A DNA stretch of 64,000 nucleotides. It comes from Cyanophora paradoxa CCMP329. Taxonomy: Eukaryota; Plantae; Glaucophyta. Positions 21,919 through 31,630 of this stretch are shown here, one piece after another. Location: positions 124,001 through 188,000 of the forward strand of contig QPMI01000102.1 in NCBI GenBank assembly GCA_004431415.1, in the 5' to 3' direction. Both the position numbers and the translations under genes were made by a program. Numbering within the stretch: the first letter of the stretch is position 1; each line of letters begins with the position of its first letter. A model generated the notes under the pieces. That model had not been told where the DNA came from. It did not search any database and was given only the letters and a program-made list of their open reading frames with translations.

Positions 21919-23234
21919 TCACGCCGAGGTGGCGTCAGCATCTCCATCCTCAGAGTCAACATCACAGTCATCTACAACGACGGCCTCGCCGACAGGTTCC
22001 GGGGGTACCACGACCTCGTCCTCTTCGACCTCGTCGTCAAGGGGTACAGCTCCATCAATGGCGTCGGGATCGCTCGCGGCCGGAGGGGGAGCGGCTCGAG
22101 GCGGTCGGCCCTGACGTCGAGGCTCTGCCACGTCGGCCGGCCGACCGTAAAAGGGGATCATGAGGTCAACGTGAACAAGGATCGACTGGGATCGATGCAT
22201 GTTCGACGATGGCTCCCCGCGTACAGTGTACAGAAGGCCTCGGGAATGGATCTCCTGCACCACGTAGGGACCCGTCCAGCCATTCCTCGGCCCCTTGATT
22301 CGCGCGCTAGTCTTGGCAGTGATAATCCACACCAACACCTTGTCGCCAGGCTGGAAGACATAGGTAGGCTCGCGGCCAGTCCCGTAACGGAGCAACTTCT
22401 CGTTGTAAAGACGCCGGTGCTCGGCCACCGCAGTGATCCGATCCTTAGCGGCCCTCGCCACCGACAGCGCGTACTCGTACAGAGAGATCGACTCTTCGTT
22501 TGGTTCCCGCAGTACCAGATCGAGTCGAAGCTCATCGGGTAGGAGCAGTTCGCGCCCGTAGTGTAAGACTGCCGGCGAGAACCCAGTCGCCGCATGGATT
22601 GTTGTCCTCAAGGCAAAGAGAACTTTGTAATGATGGAAGGGCCAGTGAGCGCGAGGCTCGTGGTTCTCGTCGCACATCGCGTACACCAATCGCTTGTAGA
22701 TGCCGCCCAGACGCTCAGCGCCACCGTTGGTAGATTGGTGGTTGATCCAGTGTAGATCATGCGCGTACCCTTGGCTCGCCAGAAGGTTCCCCAAAGAGAC
22801 TTCGGTCCGAGGACCGTCCCGTTGTCAGAGAGGTAACGCTTGGGAGCACCGTTAGCCGCGAAGATGATCTGTGCCGCCATCTCCAGGGCCTGGCCGTCAG
22901 CCGCGGTGTACATGATAATCTCCGGGAACTTGGTGAAGGCGTCGACGTCGACTATCACGCCGGTGAAGAGGTGGACCCCGCGCCTGTGAGGTTCCATGGG
23001 GAACAGGTCGACCTGCCTCAAGTCCCAGGATGCGCGGATTCCAGCACCATGTGTTGGACTCTCGGGCGGCGTTGCGCCTTCGCGAACTGGCAGTGTCGGC
23101 ACGTTTTCACGAAGCGGTGAACAGCGTTCGTCATCCCCGGCCACCAGAAACGAGACGCGATACGCCGCGCCACAATGGGAGCGCCGCGGTGTGCCCACCC
23201 GTCGTGATACACCTCGAGGAAGGTGCGTCGCCAC
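21919..23234 (-). CDS. Gypsy integrase (H2C2 finger, DDE core, GPY/F), split by two -1 frameshifts
   Basis: YHDGWAHRG...CRHCQ; QVDL...DAFTKFPE...LSDNG; TNGGAER; LRTTIHAATGFSPAVLHYGRE; WTGPY...VHVDLM. No chromodomain seen. Confidence 0.9.
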
Positions 23235-26200
23235 GACGGGGGAACGAGGATTTGAGCTCGCATGGTAGGCAGGAATGGTAGCCGAAGGACAGTGCCCTCC
23301 TCATCGATCGTGTAGCCCTCGGCTTCACGAGCGAACCGTCGTCTCGCAGACTCGCAGTGAATGCATTGCTGCACAATCTCTGTTTCTACCGTCGCCGCTC
23401 GCCGGTGCCGAAGGCACATGGCGTTGTTCTCGCCCTTGCAGATGAAGGCTCGCAGCAGTTGACAGAGCGGGTCCTCCGCCTGTGCTGCAACGACGGCGGC
23501 GCCGTCGACAGCGAGTTTGGCAACAGACGGTGGTACGGGGACGTCGACCAGTGGTCGGGGTCCCTGCAGCCACGTATCTTCCACCACCACGTCGTCAGGT
23601 AGATGGATGACTGCGGGCTTGTTGCGGTCTCCTCCGGCAGGGCCAATAGGAGACTTGTCCAGCGGCGCGACAGCGTCGGTGCTCATCGGAGTAGGCTGAG
23701 GAATTCCAGAGTCGCGTTGCTGCTGTAAGTACGCCTCGTACTCAGCTTCGTCGGCGACGTCGAGAACGGCGGGGGGCGCAATGGAGTGGCGAGAGGATCG
23801 AGATCTCCTCCCTGGGAGGCGAGGGGGCAGGTCTGCGGCCCGCTGAGGGGTGTCTGCTGACTGCTTCCACGCTTCCCAGTCGGCGTTCCTCGCTTCGCGT
23901 CGCGTCGACTTGGTCGGCGGTTCCGGTCGGTTGCACGAGCGGCGGTTGGCATCGTGACGACTCTTGGCCTGGTCTGACAGCTGCTCGCGGCGGTTATCGA
24001 GGGCCTGCTTGTACTGCGCCTCTGACTCGCGGCGTTGCTGCTTGGTTGTCGTCTTCGCCTTGTCTCGCTCACCACGTGCAAGCCGCTCGGTGAGCGGGTC
24101 GCGCGGAGGTGGAGCGGGGATTCCGTTGCCGACGGACGAGGTAGAAGGGCCAGCTTGCGCCTGGAGGCGTTTCCGATCTCGTTCGGATTCCAAAGCTCGC
24201 AAGTACGAGTCGTTTAGAGGGGAGGAGGGGGAGTTTCCGCGGGCGTCCACGTGGTCGCTTCGGGAAAGGGGCACGGGGGCTGGGCAGCCCTCTTGTCCCT
24301 GAGACTGAGCTCCGTCCGCGTGGGGTGGTAGCGAAGGCTCAGTGCGGGTGCGTCGGGGCGGAGGGGGCTGTGCACTCTCGTCCTCGTCACCGGTGTCACT
24401 GTCGCCGTCGGGCCGAATTCGCCGTCGCGAACTGGGGGGTGACGTCGGCGGCTGGGGTGCTGTAGAGGAGGGACCGAGCCGTTGGCCAACGGGTCGATGC
24501 TCGTCTACAGGGGGCGCTTGGCGACGCCGCTTCGCTCCCGGCGCCAACGCCCATGCTGGCCCGTCGAGCGTGTCCGTGGGGGCTACCGCGAAGAGCTGGG
24601 TTGGGTCGTCGAGATCGCCTCGGCGGGGTACACCGAATCCTCGAGCTCCGTCGGGGATGTCAGTCGTGAGGTCTGAGCCGTCACCCGCTCCTGGGAGGAA
24701 GAGGTCGTGTGACGGTTCCAGACGCGACTCGAAGTCTGCAACAACGTTGGTGCGCCCCGCGCGGTACTCGATGGTGTAGTTGTAGCCCTGAAGTCCCAGC
24801 GCCGCTCGACAGAGCGCCTTGTTGTTCGTCACGTCCTGTGACTTCAACCATTGGAGTGCCGAGTGATCAGTCCGGACTGTAAATGGGTGCCCGCACTCGA
24901 AGTAATGGCTCCACACTTTCACCGCCCAGAGTACCGCGATGCATTCCCCTTCCGTCGGACTTTGAAACTTGCGCTCCGTCGCAGTCAGGGTCCTGCTGAT
25001 GAAAGCGATGGGACGCTCTCGTCCGCAGTCGTCAGCCTGCATGAGGACCGCCCCCATGGCGCGCTTGCTCCAGTCCGTGTGGATGACGAATGGTTTGGCA
25101 AAGTCGGGTAAGAGTAGTGCGACATCCTCCATGATGGCGGCCTTGAGGTCGTCCAGCGCCCGTCGAGCGTCATCGTCCCAGGTGACCGTCAGCGAGTCAG
25201 CTCGTGTTGCTCGCGTGACTAGGTCGCGTAGGGGCAGTTCCCGCTTCGCGTAGTTGCGAATGAACCGTCTGTAGAATCCAGTCATGCCGATGAAGCTGCG
25301 AATGGACTCGACAGTTCCGAGATCTTTTTCCTGGGTCTTCTCGATGAGGGCCATCTTGGTCTTGTCCATCTTCACGCCGTTGCGGCTGACACGGTGTCCG
25401 AGTAGGTCGATCTCTTTCACCATGAAACGGCATTTGGACGGTTTGAGCTTGAGGTTTCCTCGCTCGATCGCGGCGAAGAAAGCCTCAAGGTCGACAAGGT
25501 GTTGTGAGGCCGTCGGGGAGTGGACCGTGAGGTCATCAACGTAAGCGACAACGCTTGTCGACAGCAGATTGCCCAAGATCGATGTCACTGCTCGACAGAA
25601 CGCCGCTGGTCCGTTCGTAATACCAAACGGGGTAACTCGCCATTGGTACATGCCCCAGGGCACGATAAACGTCGTCAGAGGCCTGGATTCTTCGTCGAGT
25701 TCAAGCTGCCAGAACCCGGAGGTGGCGTCACACGTCGAGAAGTACGTCGCGCCTTGCAGGCGTTCGAGTTGATCGTCTATTCTCGGGAGAGGAAAGACGT
25801 CGCGCTCCGTGAGCGAATTCAACTTGCGGTAATCGACGCAAAATCTCATTGTCCCGTCCTTCTTGGGCGCCAGTACCACTGGGGAACCGTATCCAGCTTG
25901 GGAGGGTTCGATCAGACCATCTTGCAGCAGTCGTTCGATTTCGGCTTTGGCCGCCTTCTCAGCAGGGGGAGAGAGGCGCCGGGGCACGCTGTACAAAGGC
26001 AGATGCTTCGTAGGTACGCCGGGGAGGAGTCGGATGCTGTGACGGTACTTCAGTAGCTCTTTGGGGTTGATGCGCTGCGCGAAGCAGTGCGCCATCCGTG
26101 TGAAGAGGCTACGTAGTTGGTCACGCTCCTCCTCCGTCACATCGTTGTCGTCTTTCGACGGCTGCATGAGATCGTCGACGAGTTGTCGGACCTCCTCCTC

Positions 26201-27127
26201 CGTCTGTGGTGGGGGGGTGGCGTTGGCGCTCGAAGGAGGTTCCATTGCGTGGGGTTCGGCGGGTGAAGCGGAGGAGATGGTGATGCAACGCGGTTGCGCC
26301 GACGGCGTGGTCGGGGCAAACGTGATGCATACAGGGCTGAGGAGGGGCCTGCCTTGCCGATAGGTATCGGCAAAGTGGGGTTCGAAGATCTTGCACAACT
26401 CGTTGATCTCCGATGGCGTCAGAATCGCGCGTGATTCTCGGGTGTATCGCGTGACGAACGCAGTCACGAAGCGTGAGAGTTGGGTTTGAGCTTCGGAAGT
26501 GAGGACTGGGGGCGTCGGCGCCGCTCTGTGAGCGGGGTCTAGGCCTTGTTCCTCGGTCTGGGGTTGTGGTGGCCGTGCAAAAACAGAGGGGTACTGTTCG
26601 TGCACTCGGGATACGTAACGTCGAGGCTGTGATCGCCCAGGTACAATCACGGGTTGCACATTGGAGAGGATTTGGACGGCGATGGAAGAGATGGGGAACT
26701 TGCGCTTCTCGTCACTCGACCAGGTCTTGTAAGTACCCGTCGGGTATCGATGGACGTCGTCGTGGGGTCGGAACTCGCTCTCGGGCCACTTGCCGAATTC
26801 CGCCTCCGCGATGACGGTCCCCGCTTTCAAGCGGACGGGTCGGCGTTGTGGATTGCAGACCTGAGCGAGGAATGCTCCTCCTCGAGGACGTCGATGTATT
26901 TGGTGAGGGACAAGATGACGCGGTTCATCTCCTTCACCGGGGTCGTCGGCTCCGTCGTCGTCTCCAACAATGTGCGGCGGCGGCGTGAGGAGCATCTCCG
27001 GCGCATCGTCAGTCGCGTCTTGAGGGCCCGTCGAGACGTAACAGCGAACGAGAGCTTCGCCTGGCCCGACGGTGACATCTTGGGCGATGCGGACCAGAAC
27101 GCCCCCGTCGGTCTGGTCCGCAAGCAA
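23018..27127 (-). CDS. pol: Gypsy pol segment: degenerate dUTPase-like region, RT, RNase H, long spacer, integrase N-terminus
   Basis: SPVVLAPKKDGTMRFCVDYRKLN, DATSGFWQ, PFGITNGPAAF, YVDD (25532-25543), SFIGMTGFYRRFI, HTDWS, ECIAV, TDHSAL, NVVADFESR. Confidence 0.96.
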   Translation of the reverse strand: MLADQTDGGVLVRIAQDVTVGPGEALVRCYVSTGPQDATDDAPEMLLTPPPHIVGDDDGADDPGEGDEPRHLVPHQIHRRPRGGAFLAQVCNPQRRPVRLKAGTVIAEAEFGKWPESEFRPHDDVHRYPTGTYKTWSSDEKRKFPISSIAVQILSNVQPVIVPGRSQPRRYVSRVHEQYPSVFARPPQPQTEEQGLDPAHRAAPTPPVLTSEAQTQLSRFVTAFVTRYTRESRAILTPSEINELCKIFEPHFADTYRQGRPLLSPVCITFAPTTPSAQPRCITISSASPAEPHAMEPPSSANATPPPQTEEEVRQLVDDLMQPSKDDNDVTEEERDQLRSLFTRMAHCFAQRINPKELLKYRHSIRLLPGVPTKHLPLYSVPRRLSPPAEKAAKAEIERLLQDGLIEPSQAGYGSPVVLAPKKDGTMRFCVDYRKLNSLTERDVFPLPRIDDQLERLQGATYFSTCDATSGFWQLELDEESRPLTTFIVPWGMYQWRVTPFGITNGPAAFCRAVTSILGNLLSTSVVAYVDDLTVHSPTASQHLVDLEAFFAAIERGNLKLKPSKCRFMVKEIDLLGHRVSRNGVKMDKTKMALIEKTQEKDLGTVESIRSFIGMTGFYRRFIRNYAKRELPLRDLVTRATRADSLTVTWDDDARRALDDLKAAIMEDVALLLPDFAKPFVIHTDWSKRAMGAVLMQADDCGRERPIAFISRTLTATERKFQSPTEGECIAVLWAVKVWSHYFECGHPFTVRTDHSALQWLKSQDVTNNKALCRAALGLQGYNYTIEYRAGRTNVVADFESRLEPSHDLFLPGAGDGSDLTTDIPDGARGFGVPRRGDLDDPTQLFAVAPTDTLDGPAWALAPGAKRRRQAPPVDEHRPVGQRLGPSSTAPQPPTSPPSSRRRIRPDGDSDTGDEDESAQPPPPRRTRTEPSLPPHADGAQSQGQEGCPAPVPLSRSDHVDARGNSPSSPLNDSYLRALESERDRKRLQAQAGPSTSSVGNGIPAPPPRDPLTERLARGERDKAKTTTKQQRRESEAQYKQALDNRREQLSDQAKSRHDANRRSCNRPEPPTKSTRREARNADWEAWKQSADTPQRAADLPPRLPGRRSRSSRHSIAPPAVLDVADEAEYEAYLQQQRDSGIPQPTPMSTDAVAPLDKSPIGPAGGDRNKPAVIHLPDDVVVEDTWLQGPRPLVDVPVPPSVAKLAVDGAAVVAAQAEDPLCQLLRAFICKGENNAMCLRHRRAATVETEIVQQCIHCESARRRFAREAEGYTIDEEGTVLRLPFLPTMRAQILVPPSWRRTFLEVYHDGWAHRGAPIVARRIASRFWWPGMTNAVHRFVKTCRHCQFAKAQRRPRVQHMVLESAHPGT

Positions 27128-30100
27128 AAAGGGACATGGTATCGTTCGCCATTGTCGGCGTCAGGTGCCGTGATCGTCATTCCCCAGTTAGTCGGGTCGA
27201 GCGAGATGTGAGCGTTCATGGCAATGAGCGTCGCCAATCCAAGGAGCATTTGAGTAGACCCCATGAGGCCCTTGTCCACCACTAGGACCTCTCTCACCGA
27301 CCGTACGGGACCAATCATGACCGCCATGTAGGCGATGCGAGCGTAAGCCGTCATGTCGTCGCCAAATCCGGTCAGTTGTACTGGCGGCGCGCGGCTGTAA
27401 CGGAGGCCCTCGATGCGCGCAGCGAGGTCTCCGTCAATCACGTCAGCTGCGGCGCCCGTATCCACCAACGCCAGAGTTTTGACGGACGGTCCGACTTTCC
27501 GTCCTGGTGCATAGGACCCGAGTCGCACCGACACGCAGATGCGACCATCTGCAATCCGTTGCTTCATTGTCCGGTCGGGTTTTGTCAGCTGAGCGATTCG
27601 ACGTCCAATTGCCGTATCCTCGGCTGTAGGTATGTCGTTAGGAGACACGATGTCACCCAGCCAACCGAGCATTCTTGCCGTGCGGACACGAAGTGCTGTC
27701 TGGTAGCTCCGTTCCACTGGCGTCGTCAAAGGTCGTGACGATGAGATGGCGTCAGGTGGGAGGCGGGCAACCCGGATGCGGGCAGTCTTCTCCACCTTGG
27801 AGACCGATTCATGTGCTCTGTTGAAAACATGTACCGCCGCGAAGGTTCGAGGTCGGTTTGGAATCAGGCGGGTGCTGTTGGACGGCACCGGGCCGCTGCT
27901 AGGACGAGTGCTGTGGTCCTGCCGGCTGAATCCGAGTCCTCGTCTCGGGGATGTTGTGAGGTATTGGGCGTGTACGCTGGTCTTCCGGCCAAACCAGATG
28001 TAAGCGATGCTCTCATCCGAGTCAGGGTTGGGATCGAAGTCGACGAGCGTGTCGTATTCCGCGTAATGATGGCCGTGGCGACTGAGGCCCTCGCGCAAGT
28101 AGCTGACCAGCGTCTTCCACTGGTGAGGTAGGCGGGTGTCGCCCTGCAGGATCGAGTTGAAGTAAAATCGAGCGCGGTCCCGATGGATGGAGACGAGCGA
28201 GGCGTGTTTGACCGCGTCCCACGCGGTGAACCCCAAAGTGTTCATGATGAACGCCATGCGAGTGAACAGGGCGCGTGTGCGCACGACGTCCAAGGAGGCT
28301 CCCGCCGAGTTGGAGAGGTCAGGCGGCCGTGCTCGCAGATCCTCAGCCAATGACACGAGGGCGTCAGCATTGAGCTGATGCGGTGTTCGGAATGCGCTCC
28401 AGTCATACAAATCGTATTCAGTCCTGAAGTTCGTTCCGTCTTCGTCCCAGAGGTCTGGCCAGAGTACGGGGATGGACTCGTGAGACTGACCGTGTGCCGC
28501 GAAGCGTTCCCAGCTGTACTCCGTGTACGAGGTGTCCACAGGCGTTTGGGAGAGGTCACGGTAGTGTGCGCGGAAGTAGAAGGTAGGCGGGAGGGCTCCT
28601 TTACTTCCGCGTGGAGCTAGTGCCGAAGTTCGAGAAGTCGTGCTTGTGGTGTCGCTGTCGCTGCCCGCTACCGGTGGTGTTCGGGCGACGCGCCGGAAGC
28701 GAACGCGGTGAACTCCTGTTTGGGGCAGACGGGGCTTGAACTCGGGTGCGACGTCGAAGCGACAAAGGCGAAGTGCCCGAGCCGTGTCACCCCTGTCAAT
28801 CACGACGGGCGTCTTGCCGCCGACCCGAGCGCCGTCAATTGTTCGCGGTGTGATCCACAGGGCCCATTTGTGCTCCTTCTCGCCGTCGTTCGGGAGGTCT
28901 GTCTCCTTCATGCGCTTCGGCCTCGGCTTCGTACCGGCTAGACTTGGATTCGCGGCGGCCGCGTTCTGCCGTCGTACCAGCCTGGGCTGCTCCATCGTCC
29001 CCGTCGCCTGGTCGTACAGGTACGTCCGCGGGTATCGGGGGTCGACTTGTAGAGCGCCGCGCAGCGGGTTGATGGACAACCCGACGCCCTCAAATGGTCC
29101 GGGAGGAGCTCCGTCCTCGTCGTCACCGATGTAGAGGTGGGGCCCGAAACGGCTAGGATTTGCTCCGTCGGCTTCTGTGAGACCTCCGCTGTACCGCAAG
29201 GGGGGTGCCAGTTCAGCTGTCATGGTGATGCGGTCGTCCCGTGACGTGCCAGAAGCGTTGTAAGCCAGCGTTATCCAGCGCGTACGATGCTCCACGAGGT
29301 CGTCGGAGAACAGTATTGCGCCGTAGTCAAGGAGAAACAATTCGGGAATCGAATCTTCCTCGGACGCGTGGATCTCATTGTACTGTAGGAGTACCTCCGG
29401 ACCCACGTGCTGTTCGTAATGACGCCAGGACCGTTCGAACTCGTTCCTGTTGAACGTGTATTGGCTCACGCCCATGCCGAGGTTGTCCATGCCCCTGTTG
29501 CCGACCATGGTTCCGTCGTGTCCAAACATCTCGATGACGTTGACAGGGAGGTCGAAGGCAGCGGGAAAGTGTGCATGCTGCGACTGGCGATCTTCGTAGC
29601 GTTGCCATGTCTCCTTGGCTGTTGTGGAGGCGCGCCCGGCATTGCCGAGGGCCCCGTGGCGGACAACTGCCGCGAGTTGCGTTGTAATCGCCGTGACTAG
29701 TAGTGCCATGAAGGCCGTTGCAAACATGGCGCCGGGTGGTGGTGTTGCCGTGCCAAAATCCCGGGCGTACCAGTCTTGCAGTTCCTGAGACACGGTCATG
29801 TTGCCGTCGTCGTCGACACGGAAGTGTAGTAGGCTCGCATTCGAAGTCACGTATTCGTCGAGAATCTCCAGCAGGCCGTCGTGGATTGGCATCTGTTTCG
29901 ACGGGAACGCCGTGTACAAACGGATTGAAGCTGCTACGTGATGTGCGAAGTGGTGGACCCAGTGATGTACTTCCGGCTTGAAGGGGATAACGTGGATGAA
30001 TGCACCCTCCGTCGGCCTAGTAGGCCTCTCGATGGTCTTCCAGACGCCGCCGGGTAGGATCGTCTCCTCAAGCAGAATTGGTATGCGATTGTAGTCGAAG

Positions 30101-30438
30101 TATGCAGGCTGGTCCGCGGGCCGTTGTGGCCTGTTCGAACGGGCGATTTGGAGCCAAGTGTCACGGTTGTTGGCATCGAACACGTGAACGACAGCCTGGG
30201 TGTCCCTGGTCCGCGTCTTTGTGTAAATTCGCGGGCCGCCGTTGGCGAAGACTTCCAGGGTGTCGCTCAGTATTGTCGGGGAGTTGAACTCGTGGAACGT
30301 GCCAGCATGGGGTCCGCCGTTGCCAAGCGGGGGAGCCATTTCATGTCCCTGAGGCCGCTCGAGTGGGCTTCGGAACGCTGTGAGGTAGTTACCGAGCTCA
30401 TTCAACGGGTTGTGCTCATTGGCGGGAGCGATTGTCAA
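26827..30438 (-). CDS. Pol segment: about 950 aa of unknown function followed by aspartic protease
   Basis: 1203-aa ORF with LALVDTGAAADVI (about 27455-27470) and MLLGLATL retropepsin motifs near the C-terminus. Confidence 0.85.
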   Translation of the reverse strand: MTIAPANEHNPLNELGNYLTAFRSPLERPQGHEMAPPLGNGGPHAGTFHEFNSPTILSDTLEVFANGGPRIYTKTRTRDTQAVVHVFDANNRDTWLQIARSNRPQRPADQPAYFDYNRIPILLEETILPGGVWKTIERPTRPTEGAFIHVIPFKPEVHHWVHHFAHHVAASIRLYTAFPSKQMPIHDGLLEILDEYVTSNASLLHFRVDDDGNMTVSQELQDWYARDFGTATPPPGAMFATAFMALLVTAITTQLAAVVRHGALGNAGRASTTAKETWQRYEDRQSQHAHFPAAFDLPVNVIEMFGHDGTMVGNRGMDNLGMGVSQYTFNRNEFERSWRHYEQHVGPEVLLQYNEIHASEEDSIPELFLLDYGAILFSDDLVEHRTRWITLAYNASGTSRDDRITMTAELAPPLRYSGGLTEADGANPSRFGPHLYIGDDEDGAPPGPFEGVGLSINPLRGALQVDPRYPRTYLYDQATGTMEQPRLVRRQNAAAANPSLAGTKPRPKRMKETDLPNDGEKEHKWALWITPRTIDGARVGGKTPVVIDRGDTARALRLCRFDVAPEFKPRLPQTGVHRVRFRRVARTPPVAGSDSDTTSTTSRTSALAPRGSKGALPPTFYFRAHYRDLSQTPVDTSYTEYSWERFAAHGQSHESIPVLWPDLWDEDGTNFRTEYDLYDWSAFRTPHQLNADALVSLAEDLRARPPDLSNSAGASLDVVRTRALFTRMAFIMNTLGFTAWDAVKHASLVSIHRDRARFYFNSILQGDTRLPHQWKTLVSYLREGLSRHGHHYAEYDTLVDFDPNPDSDESIAYIWFGRKTSVHAQYLTTSPRRGLGFSRQDHSTRPSSGPVPSNSTRLIPNRPRTFAAVHVFNRAHESVSKVEKTARIRVARLPPDAISSSRPLTTPVERSYQTALRVRTARMLGWLGDIVSPNDIPTAEDTAIGRRIAQLTKPDRTMKQRIADGRICVSVRLGSYAPGRKVGPSVKTLALVDTGAAADVIDGDLAARIEGLRYSRAPPVQLTGFGDDMTAYARIAYMAVMIGPVRSVREVLVVDKGLMGSTQMLLGLATLIAMNAHISLDPTNWGMTITAPDADNGERYHVPFCLRTRPTGAFWSASPKMSPSGQAKLSFAVTSRRALKTRLTMRRRCSSRRRRTLLETTTEPTTPVKEMNRVILSLTKYIDVLEEEHSSLRSAIHNADPSA

Positions 30439-31490
30439 GGTGGTAAACTTGATCTCGCAACGGTTCTTGCGGTATTGCCGTCATCTGTCACGGTCTGCAC
30501 CCCGTGCAGGTACGGGTTGGAACGATTGCGTGCCCGATGGCGTACCACGCCGTCGAGCGCCTGTAGTGCTCCGCGCCAACGAAGCTGGTTAAGCGCGTGG
30601 ATCGGTCTGAACTCTGGAAGCTTCCGCATGAACTTGTCCATGTTCGTGTCGCCGTGCATGAAGTACTGAATTTGGCTCTCTGCCAGTGGGTGTTCCCATT
30701 CAGGCTTCGTATTCACGTACTCCTCCAATGCCGTCAAGTCACGCGTGAACGAGGACCGAGGTTGCGAGGCACTGCACATTTCTGCCACGAGGACGGCAGA
30801 CCACGGAGTGTATCTCATGTTCTCGGCCATCGCGGAGCTGAGAGTACTGAGAAAGAATTCGACGCCTCGGAATGCGAGCGGCTATTTGTTGATCGTGTAT
30901 ACTTCGTTGCGCGTGTCTGAGCGTGTCACGTCGTAGAGTTGCACCGTACTATCCTCGGGGATAGTGGGGTCCTCCAGACGTTCGAGTGCCGGCAGATCCT
31001 TGTGGTAAGACAGCGTGAACAAGCGGAAGTCGTTGTGTTGTCCCCTCCCGTGCTGGAGGCCCGAGTGCCCCGCCTCAAATGCCCACTGAGTATCGACGCT
31101 GTCGTCGAGTCCCCGCACTTGAGTATGATTGCTTGCGGTGGATGCGTTCCTGGGGTCGCCCCACCATCCGACGCGTTCGAACTTGTCGGTAACGTAGCCG
31201 TTCTCGATGATGTCGGCACCGAAGAACTTGTAGTAATACCGGGTACCGAATATGGCCCGGGCGTTCCGGCTGAGGTCGACAGTTTCGTAAAACCAATCGT
31301 CACCAGCCTCGTCTTCCGATATTACTGTCTTGCGGCCCTTTTTCAGGCCCACGCGTTTAGCAGTTGAGCCTGAAGTTGTGCTACGTGGTTGCTGCACCGG
31401 TGCCGGGGGCGGTCGTTTCCGTCCTGAGAACATGAGGGGGTGACTCCGCAGTGTGGTCTCGTCGTCGGCCGTAAAGAACATGGAATGCAA
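30435..31490 (-). CDS. Unknown-function N-terminal segment of the pol polyprotein (one in-frame TAG at 30882)
   Basis: ORFs 30882-31490 and 30435-30830 are in the same frame, separated by one TAG, and join 26827-30438 by a -1 shift. Composition is protein-like. Confidence 0.6.
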
Positions 31491-31630
31491 GTACGGACCC
31501 GTCCAAGACCGGCCTCTACCTCACAAACATTTCCACGCTGCCTGACGGACTCACGGAGCTGAACCCGGCTAACCGGCACGTCCTCGACAGACTCGTCACG
31601 TACGTCGATGTCGAGGAGCAATCAGCGATT

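Noticed and set aside
21421-22542. 373-aa plus-strand ORF antisense to integrase
   Set aside because: TTG start inside the LTR, low-information sequence and full overlap with the integrase C-terminus; probably a shadow ORF.
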